From Candidatus Cloacimonadales bacterium (GTDB lineage: Bacteria; Cloacimonadota; Cloacimonadia; Cloacimonadales; JAFGVF01), in assembly GCA_963663475.2 (NCBI GenBank), contig CAXXJV010000001.1:2048001-2112000 (forward strand): a stretch of 64,000 bases of DNA, written 5' to 3'. Each line of letters opens with the position of its first letter. Position 1 is the stretch's first letter. The position numbers and the translations under genes are program-made. This document shows positions 22,001 to 30,837 of this stretch, piece by piece. The notes under the pieces were generated by a model, which saw only the letters and a list, made by a program, of their open reading frames with translations, searched no databases and was not told the DNA's origin.

Positions 22001-22418
22001 CCCTGAGGTAGTTCAAACAATACCTTCCCGCTGGTTATTTGAGGGTTTAGTGACAGGTTATTCTACTGAAAGTGTAAATAATAAAGAATTAAAGAAAATT
22101 GATAAAAAGATGTTGACACTTGAGAAAACTTCTGATTTAAGTAAAACTGCCTTAAGAGATGAAAAGTATGAACTCTGGGAAGAAGTCAACATCAGATATC
22201 CTAAGAGTAAGTTTACCAATAAAGATATTAGCCTAATTGTCGATATGATGTATGGGCGATTCTTGAATCAGAAGAAAAATATTTTCATTTCTCCCTATAA
22301 GAAATTTGGGGGTTTAGAAGTAAAAACAGTTTCAATAAATATTGTGATTGTTTTGCTTTATATCATGATTATTAATCTTCTGATTGGTATTAGATTAAAA
22401 TATTATTATAATGATTAA
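19071..22418 (+). CDS. TerB/DjlA-N-like + degenerate FHA-like repeats + ABCG-type (NBD-TMD) half transporter fusion
   Basis: N-terminal RSDTQIKKNE and AFSDSDFEIYE; beta-rich segments; GPSGCGKS, YVPQED, LSGGQRKR, VCDEPTSGL, TVHQP; C-terminal TM helices with PQIIFGG. Confidence 0.8.
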   Translation: MKELSTGNKKNELVDMLTRYYVHIIRSDTQIKKNEIDILYPLLLNLFKDLPISWEVYVKEIMNEDYDLGKVISFLNHNLNQLDKIRVILTLIIMAFSDSDFEIYEISSIQSMMKFFKIEGSGFMDLMRNLELRTTAPLRITDISSIFQFENSLFTDYLVIGKSQRCNMRFKDQNIANIELVLFGIDNNYFLLTGQKPSVKLSGNELRANHIYYVPAESTLEVQKLKFNTAFVKKLMQNIDNSDVINFTKADYDFKITCDHNKFYLNVRRGYLYRNGKSISYNRDVQIFWDDKLRIKGYAAFSLIDVLDEKERIGIDDIVPDVIYLNLDNGFYSLVKHPSDKAIAQIENREKGYHFIPLKKNLNFLINGEILVGEKIIHLNEDIITIEDAKGSHLSLDKLSKTKDKKLGRHLRNKVKHQFRNSKNFNFRINNFFDLVEVPFEINNLEITAVKHFHNDNTIGLDNISFNAKRGELIGILGPSGCGKSTLLKAIVAEFQPSHGKIEVDGKLLFKHRSELMQYFGYVPQEDMIFANLTVFENMYFYGRLRMPNVPQNQLILKIDNILNQVTLAHKRNTLVGDDSNKILSGGQRKRLNIALELLFEPIVLVCDEPTSGLSSFDAEQIIELLHEQRRQNRIVIITVHQPNAYIFKKFSKVLLMDNGGKEVYFGSPTQAFSYFQEEVDIIKFRKTLLEQKVKDANPDFFYDIILFPEYDTRGNIKFEQINQQVVTKRKFSSEYWRDKYKRKILFQLITKEDSLEDLQIDKKKIKYRKKLTFYARFVQFTTYLHRNLVNKLRNKTNLLITFLEAPLLALIVAYILRLAPTSETYSFYENTNITLYLFVSIIIFIFFGMTNSIHEVLEERKFILREKVRNLKISHYQISKFMVLSIFTLVQALLFHFISATVLDIKGFFILNVVYFTLSGLIGLSIGLLFSTFINDTKGIINILPLILIPQIIFGGAVIQFDKMNRNLTILKQNPIPEVVQTIPSRWLFEGLVTGYSTESVNNKELKKIDKKMLTLEKTSDLSKTALRDEKYELWEEVNIRYPKSKFTNKDISLIVDMMYGRFLNQKKNIFISPYKKFGGLEVKTVSINIVIVLLYIMIINLLIGIRLKYYYND

Positions 22419-22443
22419 AAGAGATATAAAAAAAGGAGATATT

Positions 22444-23265
22444 ATGCGAAGATCAATATCAGCGATTTTAGTATTAATTGTTTTATTTGCCTTTATTGGC
22501 TGTGGTGAAAAGAGCAAGAGTGATGAGGCAGTGACAGATCAAGTCAAAACTGAAAGTATGGATTTCCAAATTAGAATGGATCCTTTACCTTTCAAAAATG
22601 TACTTGAGAGTCTTAGATCTGTATCTAAAGAATTAGCTCAACAAACACCAACTGAAGCTTATAAGGTTAGTGAGAATGTTTATGAACAATCATTTGCTAT
22701 AGGTGTAATAAGTGCTGATGCTGTAATGGCAATTAGTTCAAGAGATGAATCAAAACTAAAAGCTTATACAGAACTATTAATTGAATACTCAAAAAACATT
22801 GGCTTAAAAGATGAAATTTTAAAAATGGCAGATGAAATTCAATATGTCTTAGGAAATAATGATGCCAATAAATGGGAATATTTAGAAAAGTTAATTTATG
22901 AGTACCAGACTCAAGTTGAACTCGCTTTCTATCAAGAAGAAATGCTTGATCAATACACTTTAATGCAACTTGGTGGTTGGTCTGAAGGACTTTATAGAAT
23001 TACTAATCTTTATCTTAACAATTGGGATCAAGAAGGTGCTAAAACAATTAATCAAAGAGGTATTGTTAATGCATTAATCAATAACTTAGACTTAATCCAA
23101 TCTTCTAAGATTAAAGAAGCTGATTATTATAGAATTTCTAAAGAAGGCTTTGCTATGATTAAGAAAATTATCTATAGTATTCAAGAAGATTCTTACTATA
23201 CAAAAGATGATATCAAGAAGATTAACGAAATCTCTGCTAAGATTGTTAACTCAGTTAGAAAGTAG
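22444..23265 (+). CDS. Uncharacterised, probably helical lipoprotein
   Basis: AAGGAG RBS; lipobox-like FAFIG-C; LGGWSEGLY motif. Confidence 0.7.
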   Translation: MRRSISAILVLIVLFAFIGCGEKSKSDEAVTDQVKTESMDFQIRMDPLPFKNVLESLRSVSKELAQQTPTEAYKVSENVYEQSFAIGVISADAVMAISSRDESKLKAYTELLIEYSKNIGLKDEILKMADEIQYVLGNNDANKWEYLEKLIYEYQTQVELAFYQEEMLDQYTLMQLGGWSEGLYRITNLYLNNWDQEGAKTINQRGIVNALINNLDLIQSSKIKEADYYRISKEGFAMIKKIIYSIQEDSYYTKDDIKKINEISAKIVNSVRK

Positions 23266-23283
23266 AAATAATAGTTTAAAATT

Positions 23284-23309
23284 AAAACCCCTCGCTTTGA
23301 GGGGTTTTT
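23284..23309 (+). terminator. Intrinsic terminator
   Basis: AAAACCCCTC-GCTTT-GAGGGGTTTTT. Confidence 0.85.
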
Positions 23310-23344
23310 GTTTGCCATAATTTCCCCTATTCATCCCTTACCCT

Positions 23345-23397
23345 TCCTTTACGGTCTTTCGATGAAAAGCGGACTTTCATCGAAAGACCGTAAAGGA
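23345..23397. repeat. Long palindrome family, copy 2
   Basis: 23-bp perfect arms TCCTTTACGGTCTTTCGATGAAA, loop AGCGGAC. Confidence 0.95.
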
Positions 23398-23411
23398 TGC
23401 TATAAGGGAGG

Positions 23412-23445
23412 AAAGAAAAACAGGCCTTACTGGGAGTAAGGCCTG
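23412..23445 (-). terminator. Intrinsic terminator of glmM
   Basis: CAGGCCTTACT hairpin followed by TTTTTCTTT on the minus strand. Confidence 0.75.
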
Positions 23446-23530
23446 AAGGATATTAAATGAAAAAAAAATAATATGATATTATTTAATCACTTTTTACATA
23501 TTATTTGTATTTAACTTTTGTCAAGCAGAA

Positions 23531-24877
23531 TTATACATTTGTTATTTTAGCAATTGCATCTTCGGCAATTTCTTTAGATCTAGCTAAAGATGGAGATTCT
23601 ACATAAACACGAATAATTGGTTCAGTACCAGATTTTCTGATGTGAATCCAGAAGTCTTGGCCAATAATTTTAAGTCCATCTTGCAGGTCTTTTTCATAAT
23701 CATTATAGACTTCATGAGCTTTAGCAATGATTGGGTCTAAAAGTTCAGCTTTAGTCTCAATTTTAGCTTTATGGAAGTAGTAGTGAGGTATATCAGCAAC
23801 AATTTCAGAAAGAGGTCTATTTTCTCTAGTTAAGAGCCCTAAGATAATTGCCATACCTGCTGGAGCATCACGAGTGTAGTGAACTTCAGGAACGATAATA
23901 CCACCGTTACCTTCGCCTCCAATAGGTGCTTGGATTTCTTTCATTTTCTTGCCAACATTGATTTCTCCAACTTTGGTCCTATGGACAGCTACGCCATATT
24001 TTTTAGCAATATCATCACTTGCCATAGATGAAGAAAGGTTTAATACTACATCCCCTTTTTTGATAGGGAGGATAAATTCTTCAGCTAGTAAGAGTGAGAA
24101 TTCTTCTCCTATATAATCGCCATTATTATCTACGATAGCTAAGCGGTCCACATCTGGGTCAGTGGCAAAACCAATATCAGCTTTATGTTTTTTTACAACT
24201 TGGCAAAGCTCTGTAAGATTCTCTTTGAGTGGTTCAGCTACGTGGGCAAAATGACCATTTGCCTCACTATTTATTTCAATTACATGGCAACCAAGAGCTT
24301 TTAGAAGTTTAGGAGAGATAAGTCCTCCAGCTCCATTAACAGAGTCTAAAACAACTTTAAATTTCTTACTACGGATTTTTTCTACATCTAAATAGGGTAT
24401 ATTGAGAATTTTATATAAATGTCTATCGGTACCATGATTATCTTCTTGGTAAGTACCCATTTTATCCCAAGATGCATATTTAACTTTTTTGTCTAAGCAG
24501 GCTTTGTAAGCTTCAGCTCTTTCAGGGAAGAAGAACATACCATTCTTATCAACTAATTTGAAAGCATTCCAATTTTGAGGGTTGTGGGAAGCTGTTATGG
24601 CAAGTCCACCCATAGCATCAGATTCTTCAACAGCCAGCAAGACAGTAGGTGTTGCCACAATACCAAGATTTACAACATCACAGCCAACAGATAGCAAGCC
24701 AGATACTATAGCATGCATGAGGGCTTGACCAGTGGTACGTGAATCTCTTCCGATAATAATTTTACCTCTACCGCAGATTATACCAAAATGGGCAGCAAAT
24801 TTAACAGCTAGGTCTGGAGTTAAAGATTCTCCGTATATTCCTCTAATACCTGAAACACTTATCATCAACTTACTCAT
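23531..24877 (-). CDS. glmM: Phosphoglucosamine mutase / phosphohexomutase
   Basis: SVSGIRG, TASHNP, DPDVDR, GGEGNGG, RKSGTEP. The start at 24877 has an AGGAG RBS. Confidence 0.8.
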   Translation of the reverse strand: MSKLMISVSGIRGIYGESLTPDLAVKFAAHFGIICGRGKIIIGRDSRTTGQALMHAIVSGLLSVGCDVVNLGIVATPTVLLAVEESDAMGGLAITASHNPQNWNAFKLVDKNGMFFFPERAEAYKACLDKKVKYASWDKMGTYQEDNHGTDRHLYKILNIPYLDVEKIRSKKFKVVLDSVNGAGGLISPKLLKALGCHVIEINSEANGHFAHVAEPLKENLTELCQVVKKHKADIGFATDPDVDRLAIVDNNGDYIGEEFSLLLAEEFILPIKKGDVVLNLSSSMASDDIAKKYGVAVHRTKVGEINVGKKMKEIQAPIGGEGNGGIIVPEVHYTRDAPAGMAIILGLLTRENRPLSEIVADIPHYYFHKAKIETKAELLDPIIAKAHEVYNDYEKDLQDGLKIIGQDFWIHIRKSGTEPIIRVYVESPSLARSKEIAEDAIAKITNV

Positions 24878-24898
24878 AAATAATTCTCCTTTATATAT

Positions 24899-24924
24899 AA
24901 AAAAAGCCGATGTTTCCATCGGCT
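24899..24924 (-). terminator. Intrinsic terminator
   Basis: AGCCGATG/CATCGGCT stem followed by T7 on the minus strand. Confidence 0.75.
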
Positions 24925-24930
24925 GATTGT

Positions 24931-27234
24931 TTATTGAATCGCCATAAATCGTTTATCTGTGATTCTGGCTTCTTTTAATTTTTCTGCATACCATTTATTA
25001 AATTCAGTTTCTTTCTCTCTGTTGACTTTTGCTTCATAATCAGCTTCTTTAGTAGCATTGAATTTTTCCATATCAGCTTCAACACTGTCAATAACTTTAA
25101 GGATAAAGTTGCCTTCATCAGTAAAGTTTATTTCGGTTAATTGATTCATAGGAGCATTGAAGAGAATTTCAACAGCTTTTTCAGAATTACTTATTGGTGC
25201 TAAGTACTTTGAATTTTTGTTAATATTTCTTGCTTCATTAACAGCCATTTTGATATCAGCTACAATGTCATTTCCATCATTACTAAGGGTAACAAGATAG
25301 TAAGAACCAGCAGCTCTAACTAATCTTAGACCATCTAAAGATGATTTTTTAGCTGCATTATAATCAGCTTTTAACATGTCAGTATTAACTTCATCTTTTG
25401 GTAAGCTTGTATTAGGAATTTCATTGAACTTGATTTTAACTCTAACAGTATCTAAAGTTGATTTTACTAAAAGAGAATCAGTAATGAGATCTTGATAATC
25501 AGCAACTTTGTAGTTATTATTGAACTGGTCTAACATTGCATTAGCATATTCAATTTTCTTTTCTGATTCAAGTTTAGTACGGATAGTCTTTTTCAAGTCA
25601 TCGTTTAATTCTTTATAATCATCTTTCTTTTTATCATCAATCATTACAACAACATAGTTACCTTCCTTATCTCTGAAGATAGGGGAGATATGGTGTTTTC
25701 TAGAATTTTTAATAAATGATAAGTAACCATAGTTATAGTAAGAATTAGACATGTAAGCTACTTTATGATAAGCTTCTTGACCACTATTTTTGAAATCAGA
25801 AGCATCAGTAGATAACCAAGGAGATTGGATAATCCCAGCCTTATATTCTTGAGCTAAATCAGCAAAGTTACTGGCATCAGCTGCTTCAACAAAAGCTTGG
25901 CTATTAGATCTAATTTGTGATTTAGTAGATTCGCTTAATTCGATTTTTACTAAGATGTGACGAGCTTTAACTTGTTTTTCACCATCTTCTGTTTTAATAT
26001 CATCAAGTTTGATGATATGATAACCGAATTGAGTTTCGAAAGGTTCTGAGATATCGCCTTTCTCCATAGAGAAAGCAACAGAATCAAACTCAGTAACCAT
26101 TCTTCCTCTAGCAAACCAACCTAAGTCTCCACCGCGACTTGCAGTTCCTGGATCATCTGATTCATTTCTGGCTATACTAGCAAATGTTTGTGGTTTTTCT
26201 TTAACTTGGTCATAAAGAGATGAGATTTTTTCATAAGCTAAGGCTTTATCTTCATCACTTTCTTTAATTTCAAATTTTGCTAAGGTAAGTTTAACAGCAG
26301 CATCAAGCTTATAATCTTCTTTGTTATCTTGATAATATTTTTCAATATCAGATTGTGTTACAGCAGTTGAATCAACTTTAAATCTGTAAGAAGGGAAGGC
26401 TAAAACTTTAGCAGATCTTTTTGTATTGTTTTTAACATACTCTTCTTCAAATTCTTCCATTGTGGAAATAGAATCAGCTGTTACTTTATCTTGTAATTTT
26501 TGAATTTTAATTTGATAATTAACATTCTCTTTAAATTGGTTAGGAGTCAAACCAGTTTGCTGAAAATACATATTAAGCATATTGTCATTAAGATTGCCAT
26601 TTTCATCATATAAGAAAGAGTAGTTTTCAGTAACGAAATCATTATACTCTTTTTTAGAAACTTTAATTCTATGACTATCTAACTCTTCTCTAATAATCTC
26701 TTGACCAATATAATCAGCCCAAGTTCTATCTTCTAACTGCAATCTTTCTTGATCACTTATTGAACCATTATTCTTATATTGATTATAGTCAATATTGTAA
26801 GGCTTTAAACTCTCTTTTAACTGAGAAATTTGATTGTTTAATTGTTCAATCATTTGATCGTTGGAAGCTACATTGTCTTCTAAAGATTGGATTTCAAGAT
26901 TTAATTCTTCTGTTCTAAGTGAATCATCTGTAACTTTATCAAGCTGGAAGTTTAATCTTCTGATTTCAGAATTAATTTCCCTCTTTTCTTCATTCAGCAT
27001 GCTAACTCTATTTTCACTAGCATTAATGTTACTTAACATTTGTTGAATGTTGTTAAAACTACTGCGAAGGCTATTATTATAGGCTTCTAATTCGACTTCT
27101 GAACCATTAATTTCTCCGTATGTAGGTTTTGGCATAAATAGGCTTCTTAAACCTAAAGGTGCCATACCTAACACAAATACAATAGCGACGACATAAATAA
27201 TAATTTTCTGTTTTTCTCTAATTTGTTCAAGCAT
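24931..27234 (-). CDS. PpiD/SurA-like membrane-anchored parvulin peptidyl-prolyl isomerase
   Basis: N-terminal TM, GEING, SDDPGTASRGGDLGWF, FETQFGYHIIK, ARHIL. Confidence 0.85.
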   Translation of the reverse strand: MLEQIREKQKIIIYVVAIVFVLGMAPLGLRSLFMPKPTYGEINGSEVELEAYNNSLRSSFNNIQQMLSNINASENRVSMLNEEKREINSEIRRLNFQLDKVTDDSLRTEELNLEIQSLEDNVASNDQMIEQLNNQISQLKESLKPYNIDYNQYKNNGSISDQERLQLEDRTWADYIGQEIIREELDSHRIKVSKKEYNDFVTENYSFLYDENGNLNDNMLNMYFQQTGLTPNQFKENVNYQIKIQKLQDKVTADSISTMEEFEEEYVKNNTKRSAKVLAFPSYRFKVDSTAVTQSDIEKYYQDNKEDYKLDAAVKLTLAKFEIKESDEDKALAYEKISSLYDQVKEKPQTFASIARNESDDPGTASRGGDLGWFARGRMVTEFDSVAFSMEKGDISEPFETQFGYHIIKLDDIKTEDGEKQVKARHILVKIELSESTKSQIRSNSQAFVEAADASNFADLAQEYKAGIIQSPWLSTDASDFKNSGQEAYHKVAYMSNSYYNYGYLSFIKNSRKHHISPIFRDKEGNYVVVMIDDKKKDDYKELNDDLKKTIRTKLESEKKIEYANAMLDQFNNNYKVADYQDLITDSLLVKSTLDTVRVKIKFNEIPNTSLPKDEVNTDMLKADYNAAKKSSLDGLRLVRAAGSYYLVTLSNDGNDIVADIKMAVNEARNINKNSKYLAPISNSEKAVEILFNAPMNQLTEINFTDEGNFILKVIDSVEADMEKFNATKEADYEAKVNREKETEFNKWYAEKLKEARITDKRFMAIQ

Positions 27235-27590
27235 TGCGACTCCTTTCATGCTTAATATTTAATATTAATCATAATTAATCCAAATTCTCAAATCTTTACA
27301 TTTTGTTCAAGATATTTTTTTAAAAATTATTTTAGACAGTATTTAACATACTGCTATAAAATAAGATAAATATATATATTATTCATCATAATATAAGGAA
27401 AATGTTTTCATTTGGTAAATTAATTATAATTTTATTCTTAATTATGACATAGTTATTGTTGGGACTAAGTGAGGAATATGATCATTTTTATTGAGTGAGT
27501 TGCCAGCAATAGAGAGGAGATTTATTTTTTTTATTGCCAAATAGACAGTAAAAAATATTATTGATGCACTAAATATTTGGAGTTAATATT

Positions 27591-29225
27591 ATGAAACGTT
27601 TTTTAATTTTGATAGTTACTTTATTATCTGTAGGGCAGGTCTGTGGGCAGATTTTAACTCTATCTCAGAATGAAGTAAGCTTTGGGCAAGTAAACATTGA
27701 TACAGAAAGCTTTGTAGATATTGATGTTACTAATATCTCAGAAGAAACTGTTACTATAAATGTAGTGGAAAATAGTCAGGTCATTGATGTAGATCAAGTT
27801 AATTTTACTCTATCTCCTCAAGAAGTTACTAGTATTCACTTATCTGTTATTCCTGAAACAAATATAGTTTATGACCATACAGTATTTTTTAATATTGCTG
27901 AAAAAGAATATTCTCTACCTTTAAAAATTAATGTAGGTGGAAGATTCCCAGACTCAAGATACAATTCAACTTATAATAAATGGGATTCAGAATTAAAATC
28001 TGCTCTAGAATCTATTATTGATAATCATTATTCAATAAGTTATGAAGATGCAAGAGTTGAATTATTTGGCTATATTGCTAATGAATCTGGACAAGTTCGT
28101 TGTGTATATACTAATGAATGGTATGCCTGTTCTCCAGGTAACACTCCTAATTGGAATGTAATTAATACAGAACATACTTGGCCTCAATCAATGGGAGCTG
28201 AAGGTACAGCAAAGTCTGATTTACACCATTTATTCCCAACCAATTCCCAAGCAAATTCTATTCGAGGTAACTATCCATTTGGTATTGTAGAGAATGTAAG
28301 TTGGCAAGAAGGCGGTTCTAAAAAAGGATCAAATCTGGGAGGAGCAACTGTCTTTGAACCTAGGGATGACCATAAGGGAGATACTGCTAGAGCCATGTTC
28401 TATTTTGCCTTAAGATACAATAACCCAAATAACTTTTTGAACTCTGCTAATCAACAGATGGTATTAAGAGATTGGTATTATGAAGATCCTGTTAGTGATT
28501 ATGAAATTGACCGTAATGATGAAATCGTTGATATTCAAAATAAGCCTAACCCCTTTATTGAATACCCAATGTTACTTGATAGAATTGCTAACATAACTCA
28601 CAATGTCTCAACTCCAAGATTTCCTCAATTATATCTTCCTTATAATGAGTATCACTTTGCTCAAACTGGCTTAAATGAAACTTCAACCTTAGCAATACCT
28701 ATTACAAATACAGGAGATACAGATCTTACTATATCTTCTGTAACTACTACAAATTCAGCTTATGAAGTTATTGATTATCCTAGTAATTTAGCCATAGGAG
28801 ATTGGGCTCTAATACAAGTAAACTTTACTCCCACAGAAGAAAACACATATTCAGGTGATCTACAAATTTATAGTAATGCAGATTTCCAAAGTGTAAGCAT
28901 GATAGGCAATGGGTCAGCTACTCCAAATAGTAATGATGCTATAGAATTTAGCAATTTAATTGCAAGTAATTATCCGAATCCCTTTAATAATTCAACAAGT
29001 TTGAAGATTCATGGAATTAAAGAAAGAAAGGTTCAAATTGATATCTATAATATTAAAGGACAAAGAGTTAAAACTATTGATAATCTAAATGTTAAAGGTG
29101 GAAAGGCAGAAGTTTCTTGGGATGGTAAAGATGATAAAGGTGCGAAAGTCGCATCAGGTTTATACTTTGCAAAAATTAATTCAGGCAAGCAAAGTATTAC
29201 TCAAAAAATGTTAATAATGAAATAA
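27591..29225 (+). CDS. Secreted endonuclease I (His-Me finger) family nuclease with Ig-like domains and FlgD-Ig/T9SS-like CTD
   Basis: NTEHTWPQS, DLHHLFPT, RGNYPFG, KGDTARAMFY, NPFI; C-terminal NYPNPFN. Confidence 0.85.
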   Translation: MKRFLILIVTLLSVGQVCGQILTLSQNEVSFGQVNIDTESFVDIDVTNISEETVTINVVENSQVIDVDQVNFTLSPQEVTSIHLSVIPETNIVYDHTVFFNIAEKEYSLPLKINVGGRFPDSRYNSTYNKWDSELKSALESIIDNHYSISYEDARVELFGYIANESGQVRCVYTNEWYACSPGNTPNWNVINTEHTWPQSMGAEGTAKSDLHHLFPTNSQANSIRGNYPFGIVENVSWQEGGSKKGSNLGGATVFEPRDDHKGDTARAMFYFALRYNNPNNFLNSANQQMVLRDWYYEDPVSDYEIDRNDEIVDIQNKPNPFIEYPMLLDRIANITHNVSTPRFPQLYLPYNEYHFAQTGLNETSTLAIPITNTGDTDLTISSVTTTNSAYEVIDYPSNLAIGDWALIQVNFTPTEENTYSGDLQIYSNADFQSVSMIGNGSATPNSNDAIEFSNLIASNYPNPFNNSTSLKIHGIKERKVQIDIYNIKGQRVKTIDNLNVKGGKAEVSWDGKDDKGAKVASGLYFAKINSGKQSITQKMLIMK

Positions 29226-29250
29226 TAAAAATATTTGAGAGGCTATAATA

Positions 29251-30528
29251 ATGACAAACCACAAAGAATTAGCTGTTGATTTAAAAGGATTTCTTGATAA
29301 AAGCCCTACTGCTTTTCAAGCTACAGACCTTATTGTAAAAGACTTGCTAGATAATGGATTTTCTAAACTTTCTGAAGGTGATAAATGGGATTTACAAGCT
29401 GGAGGAAAATATTTTGTTGTGAGAAATGATTCAGCTGTAATAGCTTTCATAAATGGTAAGGAAAAACCTGGAGAAAGTGGCTTTAAGATATCTGGGGCAC
29501 ATACTGATAGTCCAGCACTAAAAGTAAAAGTTGCTTCTGAAACAAAAGTTAAAAACTATCATAAAGTTTTTGTAGAAGTATATGGTGGACCTATCATCAA
29601 TACTTGGTTCGACAGAGAATTGTCTCTTGCAGGTAGAGTAAGCTATTTAGAAAATAATCAAGTTAAATCTACTAATATTTATCTTGATCGTCCAATTGGT
29701 ATTATTCCTAATTTGGCTATCCATTTAAATAGAGGAGTTAATAAAGGACTTGAAATAAATAAGCAAACTGAACTACCAGTACTTTTAGGTACTTCAGACC
29801 AAGATTCATTCTTAGACGATTTAATTGCAAAAGAATGTAAGATCGATAAAGTAAATATCTTAGACTATGACTTATTTTTCATTCCTTTTGAAAAAGCCTT
29901 AATTTATGGCATTGATGATCAGTTAATTTCATCAGGAAGACTTGATGATTTAGCTATGTGTCATGCTATTTTGAAGGCACTCTTGGCTACTCAAGATAAT
30001 AAATCAACTATTGTTGCAACCTTCTATGATAATGAAGAAATTGGTTCTCAAACTCTTCAGGGTGCAAATTCTTCCTTCTTAGAAATGATTCTTAATAGGA
30101 TTAACTTTGCCTGGGGTGGAGACCTAGAAGATTATGCGAGAGCTATTGCTAAATCTTTCCAAATCTCAGCAGACCAAGCACATGCTTTACATCCAAACTA
30201 TGTTAGTAAGCATGATAGTAATTATGCTCCTCAACTTAATAAAGGACCTGTTGTAAAATTCTCAGCCAATTACAGATATGCTACTAACTCTGAATCTTCA
30301 TCATACTTTATGAGTATTTGCAAGAAGTTGGATATACCTTGTCAGAAGATGATAAACCGTTCTGATATGCCATCTGGATCTACTATAGGTCCAGTTAGCT
30401 CTGCTACATCTAGTATTAAGACTGTAGATATTGGAAATCCAATGTTTGCTATGCATTCTACAAGAGAAACTATGGGTACTTTAGATCAATATTATATTGT
30501 GGAAGTACTTAAAGAGTTTAATAAATAA
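29251..30528 (+). CDS. M18-family (aspartyl) aminopeptidase
   Basis: GAHTDSP, RLDDL, DNEEIGS, AHALHPNY, GSTIGP, AMHS. Confidence 0.9.
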   Translation: MTNHKELAVDLKGFLDKSPTAFQATDLIVKDLLDNGFSKLSEGDKWDLQAGGKYFVVRNDSAVIAFINGKEKPGESGFKISGAHTDSPALKVKVASETKVKNYHKVFVEVYGGPIINTWFDRELSLAGRVSYLENNQVKSTNIYLDRPIGIIPNLAIHLNRGVNKGLEINKQTELPVLLGTSDQDSFLDDLIAKECKIDKVNILDYDLFFIPFEKALIYGIDDQLISSGRLDDLAMCHAILKALLATQDNKSTIVATFYDNEEIGSQTLQGANSSFLEMILNRINFAWGGDLEDYARAIAKSFQISADQAHALHPNYVSKHDSNYAPQLNKGPVVKFSANYRYATNSESSSYFMSICKKLDIPCQKMINRSDMPSGSTIGPVSSATSSIKTVDIGNPMFAMHSTRETMGTLDQYYIVEVLKEFNK

Positions 30529-30559
30529 TAAATAGAATAATCTATTAGAAATTGCTAAT

Positions 30560-30595
30560 ATCCTCTTCTGTCTCGTGGGGTAGAAGAGGATTTTT
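30560..30595 (+). terminator. Intrinsic terminator
   Basis: ATCCTCTTCT...AGAAGAGGAT followed by TTTT. Confidence 0.75.
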
Positions 30596-30601
30596 CTATT
30601 A

Positions 30602-30808
30602 ACCCAGATAGTGGTCTTCACCAAAGTTCTATTGCATTTGGGATTAACCCAATAATGCAGTAGATCTTTGTGAATAGCACTATATTATTCTGAAAAAGTA
30701 ACTTCCATAATTTTTCCGAATATATATGTTATATGCGTCAAAATTCTGTAAGCTATTTTGCTAGAATAATCTGCACTCTTCACTAAAGTTCTACTACACA
30801 ATCTGGGT
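30602..30808 (+). mobile_element. MITE-like element, long copy C (30647-30808) preceded by a truncated copy (30602-30643)
   Basis: ACCCAATAATGCAGTAGATCTTTG ... AAAGTTCTACTACACAATCTGGGT; the interior aligns with the reverse complement of 58320-58512. Confidence 0.7.
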
Positions 30809-30837
30809 TAACTCTACTGGACTATCTGTGATTAAGA

